DNA from: an uncultured Candidatus Saccharibacteria bacterium
GTDB taxonomy: Bacteria > Patescibacteriota > Minisyncoccia > Phycocordibacterales > JAKFXT01
NCBI GenBank assembly: GCA_964541455.1
Contig: CAZIPS010000002.1
Coordinates: 6,326 to 70,325, forward strand
Direction: 5' to 3'
DNA: 64,000 bases
Below the pieces are notes generated by a model, which was not told the origin of the DNA, searched no databases, and was given only the letters and a program-made list of their open reading frames with translations. Below, in pieces: positions 47,614-57,618 of this stretch (position 1 is its first letter; every line of letters begins with the position of its first letter). The translations under genes and the position numbers were made by a program.

Positions 47614-48645
47614 TTAAGCGATTGCGTACTTACCTTCTTTATTTTTCTTGAAAAACTTTGGATTTTGAAGGTTTACTGAAATTGTATTTTCTTTAACATA
47701 ACGCTCCTTCAACACTTTTTCGATAATTTCTTGCTTTGTAAGAGGACCATGCTTCTTAATGATCTCACGGATAACGTCTTTGACTACACCTGAAGCGTAT
47801 CCCCACTCTGTGAGGGCGTAGAGGCCACGTCCGACAAGTACAAAACGTTTGTCTTTGATGAGTTCGTTGTGGCATGTGGCAACATGAGCTTCGCGATCGA
47901 AAAGTTCTTGGATAGCCTTAGCTACTTCCGTAAAGTGCATAGGAGATCCATGGCGGCGGATAGCAAGATATGCAAAATCACGCATACCCTTTGCTTTAAT
48001 ATTTGCTGAATGTGCAACTCCCCACTCGCCAAGTGGATTACGATTTATTTTCTTCGAAAGAGAGAGCCAACGCTTTGCGAGCTCCTTGTCCTTATACTCC
48101 TCAGAAACCTCCTTGAGCTCATTAAGAAAAGCGTCAATCATTTCAGCTTCAGGGATGAGTGCATCATCCTCGAGTGACTCATAGAGTTTCTTAAGTGAGT
48201 TCTCTATTTTGTTAGCCAGTACATCATCAGTAAACCAGCGGTGATGGAAATGTTCATCCTCTTTGCGCTTTTTGAAGGCGTCTCCTAGTACAAGTAAAAA
48301 GTGGATGCAGTTTTGAGTACCTAGATCATCGCTAATTGCTTTGAGAAAATGTGCTTCTGAAACAATGGTGCCAAGCTCCTTCATGGCACGCTTTAGGTCG
48401 GTAAGTGCCTCAACTTCCTTGGTGTAAGCGCTTGATTTGCGAATAACTCCAAAAGAATAGTTTTCAATCTGGCGGACACGTTCACGGGTGATTTTGTAGG
48501 TCTTACCAATACTTTCAAGAGTCATGTGTTCAGGAGTTTTACCTAGGCCGTAACGGTTGGTGATGACATCCCGTGCACGTAGAGGAAGCGCCCCAAGGAG
48601 GCGCTTAACAACTTGCTTTGGCTTAAAATTGAGTGTGACCTTCAT
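47614..48645 (-). CDS. sigma-70 region-4-like HTH protein with long C-terminal extension
   Basis: 343 aa; N-terminal MTLESIGKTYKITRERVRQIE is a sigma70 region 4.2 HTH, but no region 2; the remaining 270 aa are unassigned. Confidence 0.5.
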   Translation of the reverse strand: MKVTLNFKPKQVVKRLLGALPLRARDVITNRYGLGKTPEHMTLESIGKTYKITRERVRQIENYSFGVIRKSSAYTKEVEALTDLKRAMKELGTIVSEAHFLKAISDDLGTQNCIHFLLVLGDAFKKRKEDEHFHHRWFTDDVLANKIENSLKKLYESLEDDALIPEAEMIDAFLNELKEVSEEYKDKELAKRWLSLSKKINRNPLGEWGVAHSANIKAKGMRDFAYLAIRRHGSPMHFTEVAKAIQELFDREAHVATCHNELIKDKRFVLVGRGLYALTEWGYASGVVKDVIREIIKKHGPLTKQEIIEKVLKERYVKENTISVNLQNPKFFKKNKEGKYAIA

Positions 48646-48852
48646 ATGCGCGTTGTGTTGTATTTGTATGTTTTAGCACTTAGTTACTAAGAAGTCAAGT
48701 ACCCCCTGTGGAAGGCTTTTTTTACCCCTTTTTTATGAGGTCAATCCAAGGGTCATGGAGGGTAAGTACCAATACCCATGCAGGAAACATGACAATACCC
48801 CCCAAAACAAAAATAGTGAATCGTACTGTTTTCCCCAATAACTCCATAGATA

Positions 48853-51750
48853 TTACAAAAGGATATTAAGCACTTTTCCCGGAATGTAAATAACACGCCT
48901 TATGTCCCCCACCAACCATTTAGCAATGAGGGGCTCCTTGTGGACGCTTTGAAGGACTTCTTCCTCTGTAGCAGAAGGTGAGACGCTAATTACGCCACGG
49001 TGTTTGCCCCCTATCGAAACACTTAGGGCTACTGTTTCGCTTTTAAGTTTCCTCTCACTCCACTTTGGCCATTTTTCTTTGTGAATTGATCCCTTGTTCC
49101 CTAATTCATGCCAGAGTTCTTCGGTTACATGTGGTGCAAATGGGGCAAGCAGGCGCAACAACACTTGGTACTCCTCCTTAGAAGGGGGTGTTTTTTCAAA
49201 GGCATTAAGCAAGATCATGAGTTGGCTAATCGCCGTATTCATTTTGAGCTGTTCAATGTCCAAAGACACTTTCTTGATAGTTTTCTCAACCTCCAAAGTA
49301 TGCACTTTTGGTACTCTTTTACCCTTTTTTTCAATTACTACCCGGTCGAGAAGTCCGTACACTCTTTCAATAAAGCGACGTGACCCTGCCATACTATCGC
49401 TATCCCAAGCAATCGGTTGGTCAAAGGGGCCCATAAACATTTCAAAGAGGCGTAAGGTGTCAGCTCCAAGTTTCTCCACTATGGTATCCGGGTTTACGAC
49501 ATTACCTTTTGATTTTGACATTTTTACACCACCTTCAGCCAAAATAAGTCCATGGCTTGTTCTCTTTTTATAGGGCTCCTTGCTTGGTACTAGTTTTAAA
49601 TCAAAAAGTACTTTTTGCCAGAAACGAGAATAGAGCAAATGAAGCGTAGTGTGCTCCATCCCTCCGTTGTACCAATCAACTGGAGTAAAATATTTTAGTG
49701 CTTTTTTGCTTGCAAATTCTTTTTTGTTTTTAGGGTCTGCATAACGAAGAAAGTACCATGATGAGCCTGCCCATTGTGGCATGGTGTCAGTTTCTCTTTT
49801 TGCCTTACCTTTACAGGTAGGGCACTTGGTTACTACCCACTTCTCCATAAGGGCTAAGGGGGACTCACCATTGGCAGTTGGCTGGTATGTTTTAACTTTT
49901 GGAAGGGTAACCGGTAAGTCTTTTTCTGGTACGGGAACTATCCCACACTTTGGGCAATGAATAATTGGGATGGGTTCGCCCCAATAGCGTTGTCGACTGA
50001 AAATCCAGTCCCGGAGTTTAAAAGATGTTTTCTTTTCTCCTCCCACCGCTTTCGTTATTTCTTTTTTTGCTTCTTCACTTGTAAGACCTGTGAAAGGACC
50101 TGAATTCACCAGTATACCGTCATCAGTGTATACGTTGTAGTCTTTATTCCAGCGATTAAGCCAATCATTAAGTTCTGCATGTACTACTTTGGGATAGACA
50201 ATCTCTTCCTTACTAAACCACGCACAGTCGTAAGCAGCCTCTTCTTCAGCAGTTCTTTTCGCTTGTGTTTCATCAACAAGATCAAACATAACTGCCTGAG
50301 TGAAAGCGACACGATTCTGGTCTTTATGAGCGGCAAAATATTCTGCACGCACTTGCCCCCCTAGAACTTTTACAAACTTAAGATTTGTATACCCAGTTTC
50401 TTCAGCAACTTCACGCTTAGCAGCAGCTATAACATCTTCCCCAGCTTCTATTCCACCCATAGGAAAAGTAATCCATGGCTGTGTCTTCCATTTTAAAACG
50501 AGGAACTTATTTGTAGCAGGGTTTCGGACAATACAGTGAACATTTTGACGCTCAACACTTTTCTTCCCTTCACGGGGTGGGTTTTTTTCATCAATCCGAT
50601 TAGGTACTATTACTTCTTTGATCGATAGATTGTGTGCTCTGGCAAAAGCATGATCACGCTCATCGTGTGCGGGTACTGCCATAATTGCTCCTGTCCCATA
50701 GTGTGCTAGTACATAGTCTGCGACGAAGACAGGAATCATCTCTTTTGTGCCTGGGTTAATAGCAAAAACACCTTCAAGCTTAATACCTGTTTTTTCGCGC
50801 TCTTCGGCAATTCTTTCGAAGTCTTCTTTAAGAAGTGCTTCTTTTTGGTAAACGTCGAGCGCTTGAGAATTCGTAATATGTGTTTTGAGTGTTTTTACAA
50901 GTGGGTGCTCTGGAGCAATCACCACGTATGTAGCACCAAAAAGGGTGTCAGGGCGTGTAGTAAATACTTCTAACTTTCCAACCTCTTCATGTGCTGAAGT
51001 AGTAAGTTCAAAAGTAAGGAGTGCCCCTTCACTTTTCCCTATCCAGTTACGCTGTTGGATCTTTATCTTCTCAAGATAGTCCACAGTATCAAGGTCCTTA
51101 TCAAGTCGTTCTGCGTACTTGGTAATTGCAAGCATCCATTGTTCACGTTCACGCTTTTCGGTAACAGTGCCACAGCGCTCACATTTTCCGTCGATCACTT
51201 CTTCGTTCGCTAGTCCCACTTTGTCTTTCGGACACCAGTTAACTACCGTACGTGCTTTGTAGGCTAACCCCTTTTTATAGAGCTGTAAAAAAATCCATTG
51301 TGTCCACTTGTAATACTGTGGGTCGGTGGTATCTACTTCCCTATCCCAATCAAAAGAAAAGCCGAGTCGCTGCAGTTGTGCTCTAAAGTTTTTAATATTT
51401 TTTTGAGTTTGAATAGCTGGGTGTGTGCCAGTTTTAATAGCATAATTTTCTGCAGGAAGGCCAAAAGCGTCCCAGCCAATAGGAAAAAGCACATTATACC
51501 CTTCACCACGACGTTTACGCGCCACTATATCCATAGCCGTATTACTGCGAATATGTCCTACATGAAGGCCATCACCCGAAGGGTACGGGAATTCTATGAG
51601 CCCATAGAATTTTTTTGTTTTTGAGGGAAAGAGTGCCTTGCCAGCCTTTTCTTTTTTCCACACTGCCTGCCATTTCTTCTCGATCTTCTTATGATTGTAT
51701 GCGCGTGCCATATAACTCTTCATGTTACTGAAAGAGTCACTAAAATGCAA
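48853..51750 (-). CDS. leuS: leucyl-tRNA synthetase with reduced CP1 editing domain and an inserted Nudix hydrolase domain
   Basis: 965 aa; HVGH (HIGH), VKMSKSKGN, LeuRS-specific PIGWDAFGLPAE; TTRPDT editing start but only about 90 aa before GTGAIMAVPAHDERD; then a roughly 130-aa insertion carrying the Nudix box GGIEAGEDVIAAAKREVAEETGY. Confidence 0.85.
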   Translation of the reverse strand: MHFSDSFSNMKSYMARAYNHKKIEKKWQAVWKKEKAGKALFPSKTKKFYGLIEFPYPSGDGLHVGHIRSNTAMDIVARKRRGEGYNVLFPIGWDAFGLPAENYAIKTGTHPAIQTQKNIKNFRAQLQRLGFSFDWDREVDTTDPQYYKWTQWIFLQLYKKGLAYKARTVVNWCPKDKVGLANEEVIDGKCERCGTVTEKREREQWMLAITKYAERLDKDLDTVDYLEKIKIQQRNWIGKSEGALLTFELTTSAHEEVGKLEVFTTRPDTLFGATYVVIAPEHPLVKTLKTHITNSQALDVYQKEALLKEDFERIAEEREKTGIKLEGVFAINPGTKEMIPVFVADYVLAHYGTGAIMAVPAHDERDHAFARAHNLSIKEVIVPNRIDEKNPPREGKKSVERQNVHCIVRNPATNKFLVLKWKTQPWITFPMGGIEAGEDVIAAAKREVAEETGYTNLKFVKVLGGQVRAEYFAAHKDQNRVAFTQAVMFDLVDETQAKRTAEEEAAYDCAWFSKEEIVYPKVVHAELNDWLNRWNKDYNVYTDDGILVNSGPFTGLTSEEAKKEITKAVGGEKKTSFKLRDWIFSRQRYWGEPIPIIHCPKCGIVPVPEKDLPVTLPKVKTYQPTANGESPLALMEKWVVTKCPTCKGKAKRETDTMPQWAGSSWYFLRYADPKNKKEFASKKALKYFTPVDWYNGGMEHTTLHLLYSRFWQKVLFDLKLVPSKEPYKKRTSHGLILAEGGVKMSKSKGNVVNPDTIVEKLGADTLRLFEMFMGPFDQPIAWDSDSMAGSRRFIERVYGLLDRVVIEKKGKRVPKVHTLEVEKTIKKVSLDIEQLKMNTAISQLMILLNAFEKTPPSKEEYQVLLRLLAPFAPHVTEELWHELGNKGSIHKEKWPKWSERKLKSETVALSVSIGGKHRGVISVSPSATEEEVLQSVHKEPLIAKWLVGDIRRVIYIPGKVLNILL

Positions 51751-51779
51751 AATCCCGCCAGCAATGGCGGGGATTTCTA

Positions 51780-52751
51780 TTACTTTACAAGTGGCGTTGT
51801 AGTTTTTTGGTATGGTTTGTAAAGCTCCGGATCAATAATTCTATCGTAACAAGTTACTCCAGCAGGGTGCTCCCAATTTCCGATTGTTCCACCCACAATC
51901 GAAACAGGTTGAGTTTCCCAGTTAGTTTCCTTGTATGTTTTTGAAGCCTTATTGAAAGTTGCACAAAGTTTAAACGAGTTCTGTCCAGTAGCTTCATACC
52001 CATAAGGCTTAAGTGTTTGCGGATCGTTGAGTGAAACATTTATGTAGCTTAAGGTGTCTCGAAGGTCTGATAATTTCGGCGGTAACTGTGACTTTGCTTG
52101 CCAATAACTAATTATTTTCTCCTGAATATACATAAGGTCTTGCACTTTTTGCTGATCAAATGCAACTAATCTCGCTGATTGAGGTGAGCCAGCAATGAGA
52201 AAACCTCCTAGTATACTTCCAACAACGATAACAATTGAAGTTAATCCGAATAAACGACTTAAGCGCATATTTTCAATGAAGGCCCCTTTCAAATCAAGGA
52301 TGTAGTAGTAGAGGGTAAAACCAGCGAGTATTAAAATGGCGAGCACTTTTAGAAGAAAACGCATGGTAATTTCGCCATTAAGAAATGTATTTATGAGTGC
52401 AATAAGGTCACCAATAATTAAGGCTCCAGCCAAAAAAAGTGTCAATAACAAGAGCCACTTACGAATGCCAACGTCTTTGCGGTTAGGGGTTAGACGCAAC
52501 TCTTTATTTTGATAGTACGAAAAACCTAAAAGTGTTGGGAAGAGTACTATAATCATTGCAAGCGAAAAGCGAACAGCCCCTGAATAGGGGTCTCCATAGA
52601 ATTGACTATTGGAAAGTGGGTCTGGAAAGGTGTAATTAATGTAGGTAAAAAGAAGTGAAAGTAAACTACCAATCGAGGTATACAAAGAAAAAATAATTGC
52701 AAGATATACAAAGAAGTCTTTGGCGGTTGTTTTATTAGTGTTTGGTTCCAT
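51780..52751 (-). CDS. hypothetical polytopic membrane protein
   Basis: 323 aa; 6-7 TM helices plus C-terminal soluble domain. Confidence 0.4.
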   Translation of the reverse strand: MEPNTNKTTAKDFFVYLAIIFSLYTSIGSLLSLLFTYINYTFPDPLSNSQFYGDPYSGAVRFSLAMIIVLFPTLLGFSYYQNKELRLTPNRKDVGIRKWLLLLTLFLAGALIIGDLIALINTFLNGEITMRFLLKVLAILILAGFTLYYYILDLKGAFIENMRLSRLFGLTSIVIVVGSILGGFLIAGSPQSARLVAFDQQKVQDLMYIQEKIISYWQAKSQLPPKLSDLRDTLSYINVSLNDPQTLKPYGYEATGQNSFKLCATFNKASKTYKETNWETQPVSIVGGTIGNWEHPAGVTCYDRIIDPELYKPYQKTTTPLVK

Positions 52752-52796
52752 ATGTTAGGTGCTGTTAATAAAGTTTGTGCTTATAAGTATAGCAGA

Positions 52797-53465
52797 TTAT
52801 TTTGGAGGGAAACCTAAATAGGTAAGATAGCCCAATTTCTGCAGAATGGGGTAGTAAAAAACACCAGCGATCTTCCATACTACAGCTTGCAGCGCAAGCC
52901 CAATGAGTACTACGGGATAACGAATATAAAAAGGAGCCTTCCTTTGACTTGAGGAAAAGCGCTGTTGAGTAAGCATATAGGCAAGCATAGGAAAGACGGC
53001 GTACACAAACATTACAAAGAGTGAGACGATAAACCCAGGGCCAAAAAGCATGAAGAAAAATTTTGCATGCTGCTCAAAAATCAAGCCATAGGCACCACAA
53101 AGTAACAAAATTTCTTTTTTTGAATAGTGGTATCGTTTTAGGATTGTGTACCACACCAGAACAAAAAGACCGTACCAGAAAAAACCAAGTATAAGGTCAA
53201 CAGTTGGGTACGGACTTAGGAGTGCCCGCTCTTTAAGTGGGAGTTTCAGACTACTCCAAATAGCAAATACTTCAGTAAGAAGTCCAAAGAAAAGCCCACC
53301 CCCAATAAAAGCAACAGGGAGAGAAAAGCGATTTAAAAAGTTTGTAAGTCTTTCCCTAAAGGCGTAGGTAACGAGCGCCATAGGGAGGATGAAGGTCATT
53401 TGGTTCCCTAGCGATACACCTATAAGGAGAGTAGTTACAATCCAAAAAAATATTTTTTTAAGCAT
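52797..53465 (-). CDS. hypothetical polytopic membrane protein
   Basis: 222 aa; 6 TM helices. Confidence 0.4.
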   Translation of the reverse strand: MLKKIFFWIVTTLLIGVSLGNQMTFILPMALVTYAFRERLTNFLNRFSLPVAFIGGGLFFGLLTEVFAIWSSLKLPLKERALLSPYPTVDLILGFFWYGLFVLVWYTILKRYHYSKKEILLLCGAYGLIFEQHAKFFFMLFGPGFIVSLFVMFVYAVFPMLAYMLTQQRFSSSQRKAPFYIRYPVVLIGLALQAVVWKIAGVFYYPILQKLGYLTYLGFPPK

Positions 53466-54187
53466 TATTTTTTATAGGTTACTATATGCGGGTAAAATTC
53501 ACCCTCATTGATATACACAAGATTTTTATCTTGTGCTACTTTCCCAGTAGGATTTTGCTCTAGAATGAAAGTAGCGGGGTCAGAGTTCTCAAAACCTTGA
53601 CTCTCGTAGTAAACCCGTAAGCTATCCTTAGCAAAAGCACTGCTAATGTGAATGAATGTTTTCGGATCCGCACCTTTTATAATTTGGTTGTTGAAGTAAA
53701 CATTATTCTTATCTCGTGCAAAGATCTTACTAACTGTGCCATTGTAAGGAATATCATATTTGAAACTAGCTGGATCAGCCCCTTCAATTTGAATGTATTT
53801 AGTTTGATTGTTGACTTGGGTCTTGTAGTAGACCCCATTTGTATCTTTAATAATGGTATAGAGTGATTCATCTGCGGGAACATCCTTTGCATCAGCATAT
53901 GCTTTGACAAGAATAGTGACACCACTTGATTTTAAGGTTTTCAAGGGAGCCCCATCTTTATCAACGATTTCATAGGTGGGGGGTATCGCCTCTTCTTTAG
54001 CGAGCTGTTCCCTCTTTTCAGCTTCCAATTGCGCGTCCTGTGCTTCTTTAGCCTCCCTATTTTTCTGGAATTCCTTTTTATCAGCTTCCCATTTTAACTT
54101 GTCGTGAATCATCAAACCTATGTTAAAGAGCAGTATAAAAAAGAAAAAGTAACCAGCCCACCTAATCCCCCTTTTGAATTTTTCCAT
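53465..54187 (-). CDS. DKNYY-repeat secreted/anchored protein
   Basis: 240 aa; N-terminal TM; repeated DKNNVYF/DKNLVYI ... GADP.TF units typical of the DKNYY family. Confidence 0.55.
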   Translation of the reverse strand: MEKFKRGIRWAGYFFFFILLFNIGLMIHDKLKWEADKKEFQKNREAKEAQDAQLEAEKREQLAKEEAIPPTYEIVDKDGAPLKTLKSSGVTILVKAYADAKDVPADESLYTIIKDTNGVYYKTQVNNQTKYIQIEGADPASFKYDIPYNGTVSKIFARDKNNVYFNNQIIKGADPKTFIHISSAFAKDSLRVYYESQGFENSDPATFILEQNPTGKVAQDKNLVYINEGEFYPHIVTYKK

Positions 54188-54197
54188 ATAAGTTTTA

Positions 54198-55034
54198 TTA
54201 AATTTTTTCTATCCGTATATCCTTAATATGAACTGTATTATTTGTTTCGATATCTCGGTTGCGGTACATTCCAATTTTCATATAGTGTTGTACTGCATTA
54301 ACCATGTTTGGTCCAGTGGTTGATACTACGGGCTTGGTACTTCCATCAAAGTAAACATTCACCTCACCATTATCTTTTTGAGACCATTTCACTACCATTC
54401 TAATTGTATGCCATACTTCACGGGTAAAGGGAATAAGGCCTCGAGGGATTATGCCTTCTTTACTTCCATCTATGCCTGTTGAGATAGAAATCATATCTTT
54501 ACCATCTAGGTTCCCATAACCAACAAGAATTGGTGAACTGTAGCTTGGGAAATTGTCCCATGATTCCCCCTTACTAGTATCGGGTTGCACATGCCAATCA
54601 GCAAATAGCCACCATCTGTTCTGAGGTGCATCTGAGGGAAAATCCTTTGGGATGCGGAACTTCCAGGAGTATTGAACTGTATCCCCTTCTTGGTAAGGGA
54701 AATCTATAGCAAGTTCTGCGCGAATACCTTTATTTTTAATTGGCTGACCCTTAAAAATTGAAAGTGAAAGATAGTTTCCGGAACTATCTGTTGAAGTTGC
54801 AATGTTTTTAATTGTCGGTATTTCTATTTTTGTATAGTCAAAAAGGTCGGGACTTACTGCGTAGCGGATATATTCTAATTCAAGCGCGCGCAGTGACCCT
54901 TCTTCGGTAGGCACCGTCTGGTCTGGAGTACTATTATCTTTGGTTATATTCCTGCCTTTAAAAAAAGCAAATGAAAGTACTACCAAGCCAGCAAGGAGAG
55001 CTAGTAGAAGGAATCTCTTAAAAGGGCGGATCAT
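54198..55034 (-). CDS. secreted concanavalin-like/polysaccharide-lyase-like protein
   Basis: 278 aa; signal peptide; beta-rich with W/Y/H pattern (WHTIRMVVKW, YMKIGMYRN) reminiscent of the PF14099-type lyase fold; weak. Confidence 0.4.
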   Translation of the reverse strand: MIRPFKRFLLLALLAGLVVLSFAFFKGRNITKDNSTPDQTVPTEEGSLRALELEYIRYAVSPDLFDYTKIEIPTIKNIATSTDSSGNYLSLSIFKGQPIKNKGIRAELAIDFPYQEGDTVQYSWKFRIPKDFPSDAPQNRWWLFADWHVQPDTSKGESWDNFPSYSSPILVGYGNLDGKDMISISTGIDGSKEGIIPRGLIPFTREVWHTIRMVVKWSQKDNGEVNVYFDGSTKPVVSTTGPNMVNAVQHYMKIGMYRNRDIETNNTVHIKDIRIEKI

Positions 55035-55046
55035 AGGTAAATATGT

Positions 55047-56144
55047 TTATATTTTAAATTCTATAACATCTCCATCTTTTACAATATATTCCTTTCCTTC
55101 AGTGCGAAGTATGCCCTTAGCCTTGGCTTCGGCGTAGGAACCAGCAGAAAGTAATTTGTCCCACTCTATAACTTCTGCGCGTATAAACTTTTCTTTAAAG
55201 TCGTTGTGTATAGCCGTTCCTGCAATAGGAGCAGTACTTCCTTTTTTTATTGTCCACGCTCGTGTCTCGTCTTCTCCTGTCGTGAAGTAGGTCATGAGAT
55301 TAAGGAGGGTGTAGCTCTTTTGTATAAGCTCATCGATACCGTCATTTTTATCATTAAGTTCTCCCTTAAACATTTCTTTCTCTTCGGGAGAAAAATCTTT
55401 GAGATCTTCTTGGATCTTGGCATCTATGACCACATATTCTGAGTGTTCAGCTTCTATGTAGTCGGTGAGCTGCTTAAAGCGTGCTAGGTCTGTCTCATCA
55501 AGATTTTTGGCTCCAGACTTCTTATTGAGTCCATAAATAATTGGCTTCTTAGAAAGAAGGTTCAATTGCTTTACGAAGGGGATCTCTTTTTCGGTTAGTT
55601 CGACTAATCGTGCGCTTTTCCCTGCATTAAGCGTCACTTTAATTCGCTGCAGCGCCCCCTCTTCAGTAATCGCGTCTTTATCCCCCTTTTTCACTTCTCG
55701 CACAAGGTTGCCTAGGCGTTTAGTAACAGTCTCAAGGTCAGCAAGAATAAGTTCAGTATTTATGATCTCTATATCGCGAATAGGATCTACTCCACCCTCA
55801 ACATGGATAACATTACTATCTTCGAAAATGCGCACCATGTGGAGTATGGCATCCGTCTCACGGATATTGGCTAGAAACTTATTTCCAAGTCCCTCGCCAG
55901 TCGAAGCTCCTTTTACAAGTCCTGCAATATCTACGAACTCAATAACTGCAGGAATAGTTTTCTTAGAATGTGAAAAGTTAGTTAACTTCTGTAGTCGCTC
56001 ATCGGGTACGGCAACAATGCCCACTGACGGATCAATGGTACAGAAGGGGTAGTTTTCTGCTGGCACTGACTTTTTAGTGAGTGCATTAAAAAGTGTGGAT
56101 TTCCCCACATTTGGTAGCCCCACAATTCCAATAGATAGTGACAT
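55047..56144 (-). CDS. ychF: ribosome-binding ATPase YchF
   Basis: 365 aa; G1 GLPNVGKST, YchF-specific NYPFCTIDP, C-terminal TGS domain. Confidence 0.9.
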   Translation of the reverse strand: MSLSIGIVGLPNVGKSTLFNALTKKSVPAENYPFCTIDPSVGIVAVPDERLQKLTNFSHSKKTIPAVIEFVDIAGLVKGASTGEGLGNKFLANIRETDAILHMVRIFEDSNVIHVEGGVDPIRDIEIINTELILADLETVTKRLGNLVREVKKGDKDAITEEGALQRIKVTLNAGKSARLVELTEKEIPFVKQLNLLSKKPIIYGLNKKSGAKNLDETDLARFKQLTDYIEAEHSEYVVIDAKIQEDLKDFSPEEKEMFKGELNDKNDGIDELIQKSYTLLNLMTYFTTGEDETRAWTIKKGSTAPIAGTAIHNDFKEKFIRAEVIEWDKLLSAGSYAEAKAKGILRTEGKEYIVKDGDVIEFKI

Positions 56145-56938
56145 TCGGCTATAATTATCTAATAATGACGAAAAAGCAAGAATATCTCTTATTTCTACTG
56201 TGGCCGTTTATCATTCTTGGCGTAAGTCTATTTCTTAAACCGGTTTTTTTTGAAACTATTTTTCTTTTCTATATTTTGCCAGCACTTTTTCTTTCATGGA
56301 AACTTCCTGGGCAAATAGTAAAAACTGCGCAATTGGCATTCGTTGGCTCCTTATTAGGGCTTATTTTCGATTATTCAGCGGAGGTTACTGCTACCTGGGT
56401 TTTCCCTCAAACGTATTTTTCATTTAAATTACTTGGTGTAACACCTATTGAAGTCCCACTTTGGTTTTTCTTTTGGACATATCTTGTAATTATGTTTTAT
56501 GAGTATTTCCTGGAACAAGATAAGAAGCGTGAAAAAATAGCATCATCGGCCAAAACCCTGTTATGGGTGGGCCTGGTAATCTATCTAACCTTTTACTTTC
56601 TAATTACGGTTTGGCGCATGCCGTTCGCTGTACCTTATACTTATCTCACCTTCGGTGTTTTGTACGCTTTTATCCCACTCGTATTAATGCTCTATTTTTA
56701 TCCTAAACTAAGAGCAAAGTTTTTAATTGTTATTGCTTACTTTTTCCTACATTCACTTGTCTACGAAATAGTTGGTCTCAGGTATGGTAGTTGGAGTTTT
56801 CCTGCCACAAGTCAATTTGTTGGTTGGATTCAATTATTTTCATTTAAATTTCCCTTTGAAGAGTTCTTTTTTTGGATAACAGTTGCTTCGGCAGGGATTC
56901 TTGCTTGGTATGAATTCTTTGACGACGATAGAAAGTAG
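56138..56938 (+). CDS. membrane protein with tandem lycopene-cyclase (CrtYcd-like) domains
   Basis: 266 aa; two repeats each with the PxE(E) motif (TPIEVPLWFFFW and FPFEEFFFW) and a TM pattern typical of CrtYcd. Confidence 0.55.
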   Translation: MTFGYNYLIMTKKQEYLLFLLWPFIILGVSLFLKPVFFETIFLFYILPALFLSWKLPGQIVKTAQLAFVGSLLGLIFDYSAEVTATWVFPQTYFSFKLLGVTPIEVPLWFFFWTYLVIMFYEYFLEQDKKREKIASSAKTLLWVGLVIYLTFYFLITVWRMPFAVPYTYLTFGVLYAFIPLVLMLYFYPKLRAKFLIVIAYFFLHSLVYEIVGLRYGSWSFPATSQFVGWIQLFSFKFPFEEFFFWITVASAGILAWYEFFDDDRK

Positions 56939-56941
56939 TTT

Positions 56942-56969
56942 ATAAAAAAACACCCCGCTTGCGCGGGGT
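56942..56969 (-). terminator. intrinsic terminator of cassette 5
   Basis: CCCCGC-TTGC-GCGGGG hairpin; on the minus strand it is followed by TTTTTTTATA. Confidence 0.55.
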
Positions 56970-56985
56970 AAGCGGGGGTGGCGGA

Positions 56986-57618
56986 TCAGCGTGGTGGCGC
57001 CAGAACAAGCCTGAGGAAATCCTCCATGGTATCGGCGATGAGGCAGCCCATCGCCTCAAGCTGCTCCTTGCTTGGAAAACCGCCGAGGCCGAACTGGGGT
57101 TGCCATTCGCACCCGACGATCACCTTGGGAGGAGGTTCGTCTTCGTTGTCCCGCAAGTTTTCCTTCCGAGCAAGCGCCGTCACGATGTGCAAAAAGTCAT
57201 CAGGGTTGGGCCGAAGGTGGTACTTGCCGGGGTTTTCGAAGTAGTGTGCTGTAAACCAGAAGAGAAAAGTATGGGAGAGTGCCAAGGAGAGCCGCACATT
57301 GCCTGCGTCCTCGATGTCCTTGCGCGGGTCATCATGAAGGAAAAAACTTCCCCGCTCGAGGCCAACGTCCACCACCCCCTTGAACCCAGACAGGGCCCGC
57401 AGGGCGTGATACTGCCATGGGACATGCGTTGGGTCATTGAGAGCATTGATCGGCCCACAAAGGGCCACGCTTCCAAATGCCGCCATGGCATGACTCGAAA
57501 CTAGGTCGAGCTCTTGATGCCTCCAGCGGTAGTGGCCAGTGAGATTGAGGCTCTGCCAGAACTTTTGTACAGCAGCAGCCTTTTCTTGCAACTCTTGCAA
57601 TTCTCCGGGAGCGAACAT
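56986..57618 (-). CDS. hypothetical protein, GC-rich cassette 5 (210 aa, MFAPGELQELQEKAAAVQKFWQSL...)
   Basis: Minus-strand ATG at 57618 preceded by AAGGAA; spans the whole 60%-GC island; terminator 17 nt after the stop; overlapping ORFs in other frames lack translation signals; no family recognised. Confidence 0.55.
   Translation of the reverse strand: MFAPGELQELQEKAAAVQKFWQSLNLTGHYRWRHQELDLVSSHAMAAFGSVALCGPINALNDPTHVPWQYHALRALSGFKGVVDVGLERGSFFLHDDPRKDIEDAGNVRLSLALSHTFLFWFTAHYFENPGKYHLRPNPDDFLHIVTALARKENLRDNEDEPPPKVIVGCEWQPQFGLGGFPSKEQLEAMGCLIADTMEDFLRLVLAPPR

Noticed and set aside
56959-57504. 181-aa plus-strand ORF and several 60-100-aa ORFs across cassette 5
   Set aside because: No SD (the upstream sequence is the terminator hairpin); only the minus-strand 210-aa frame has a start context and fills the island; this is still a residual uncertainty
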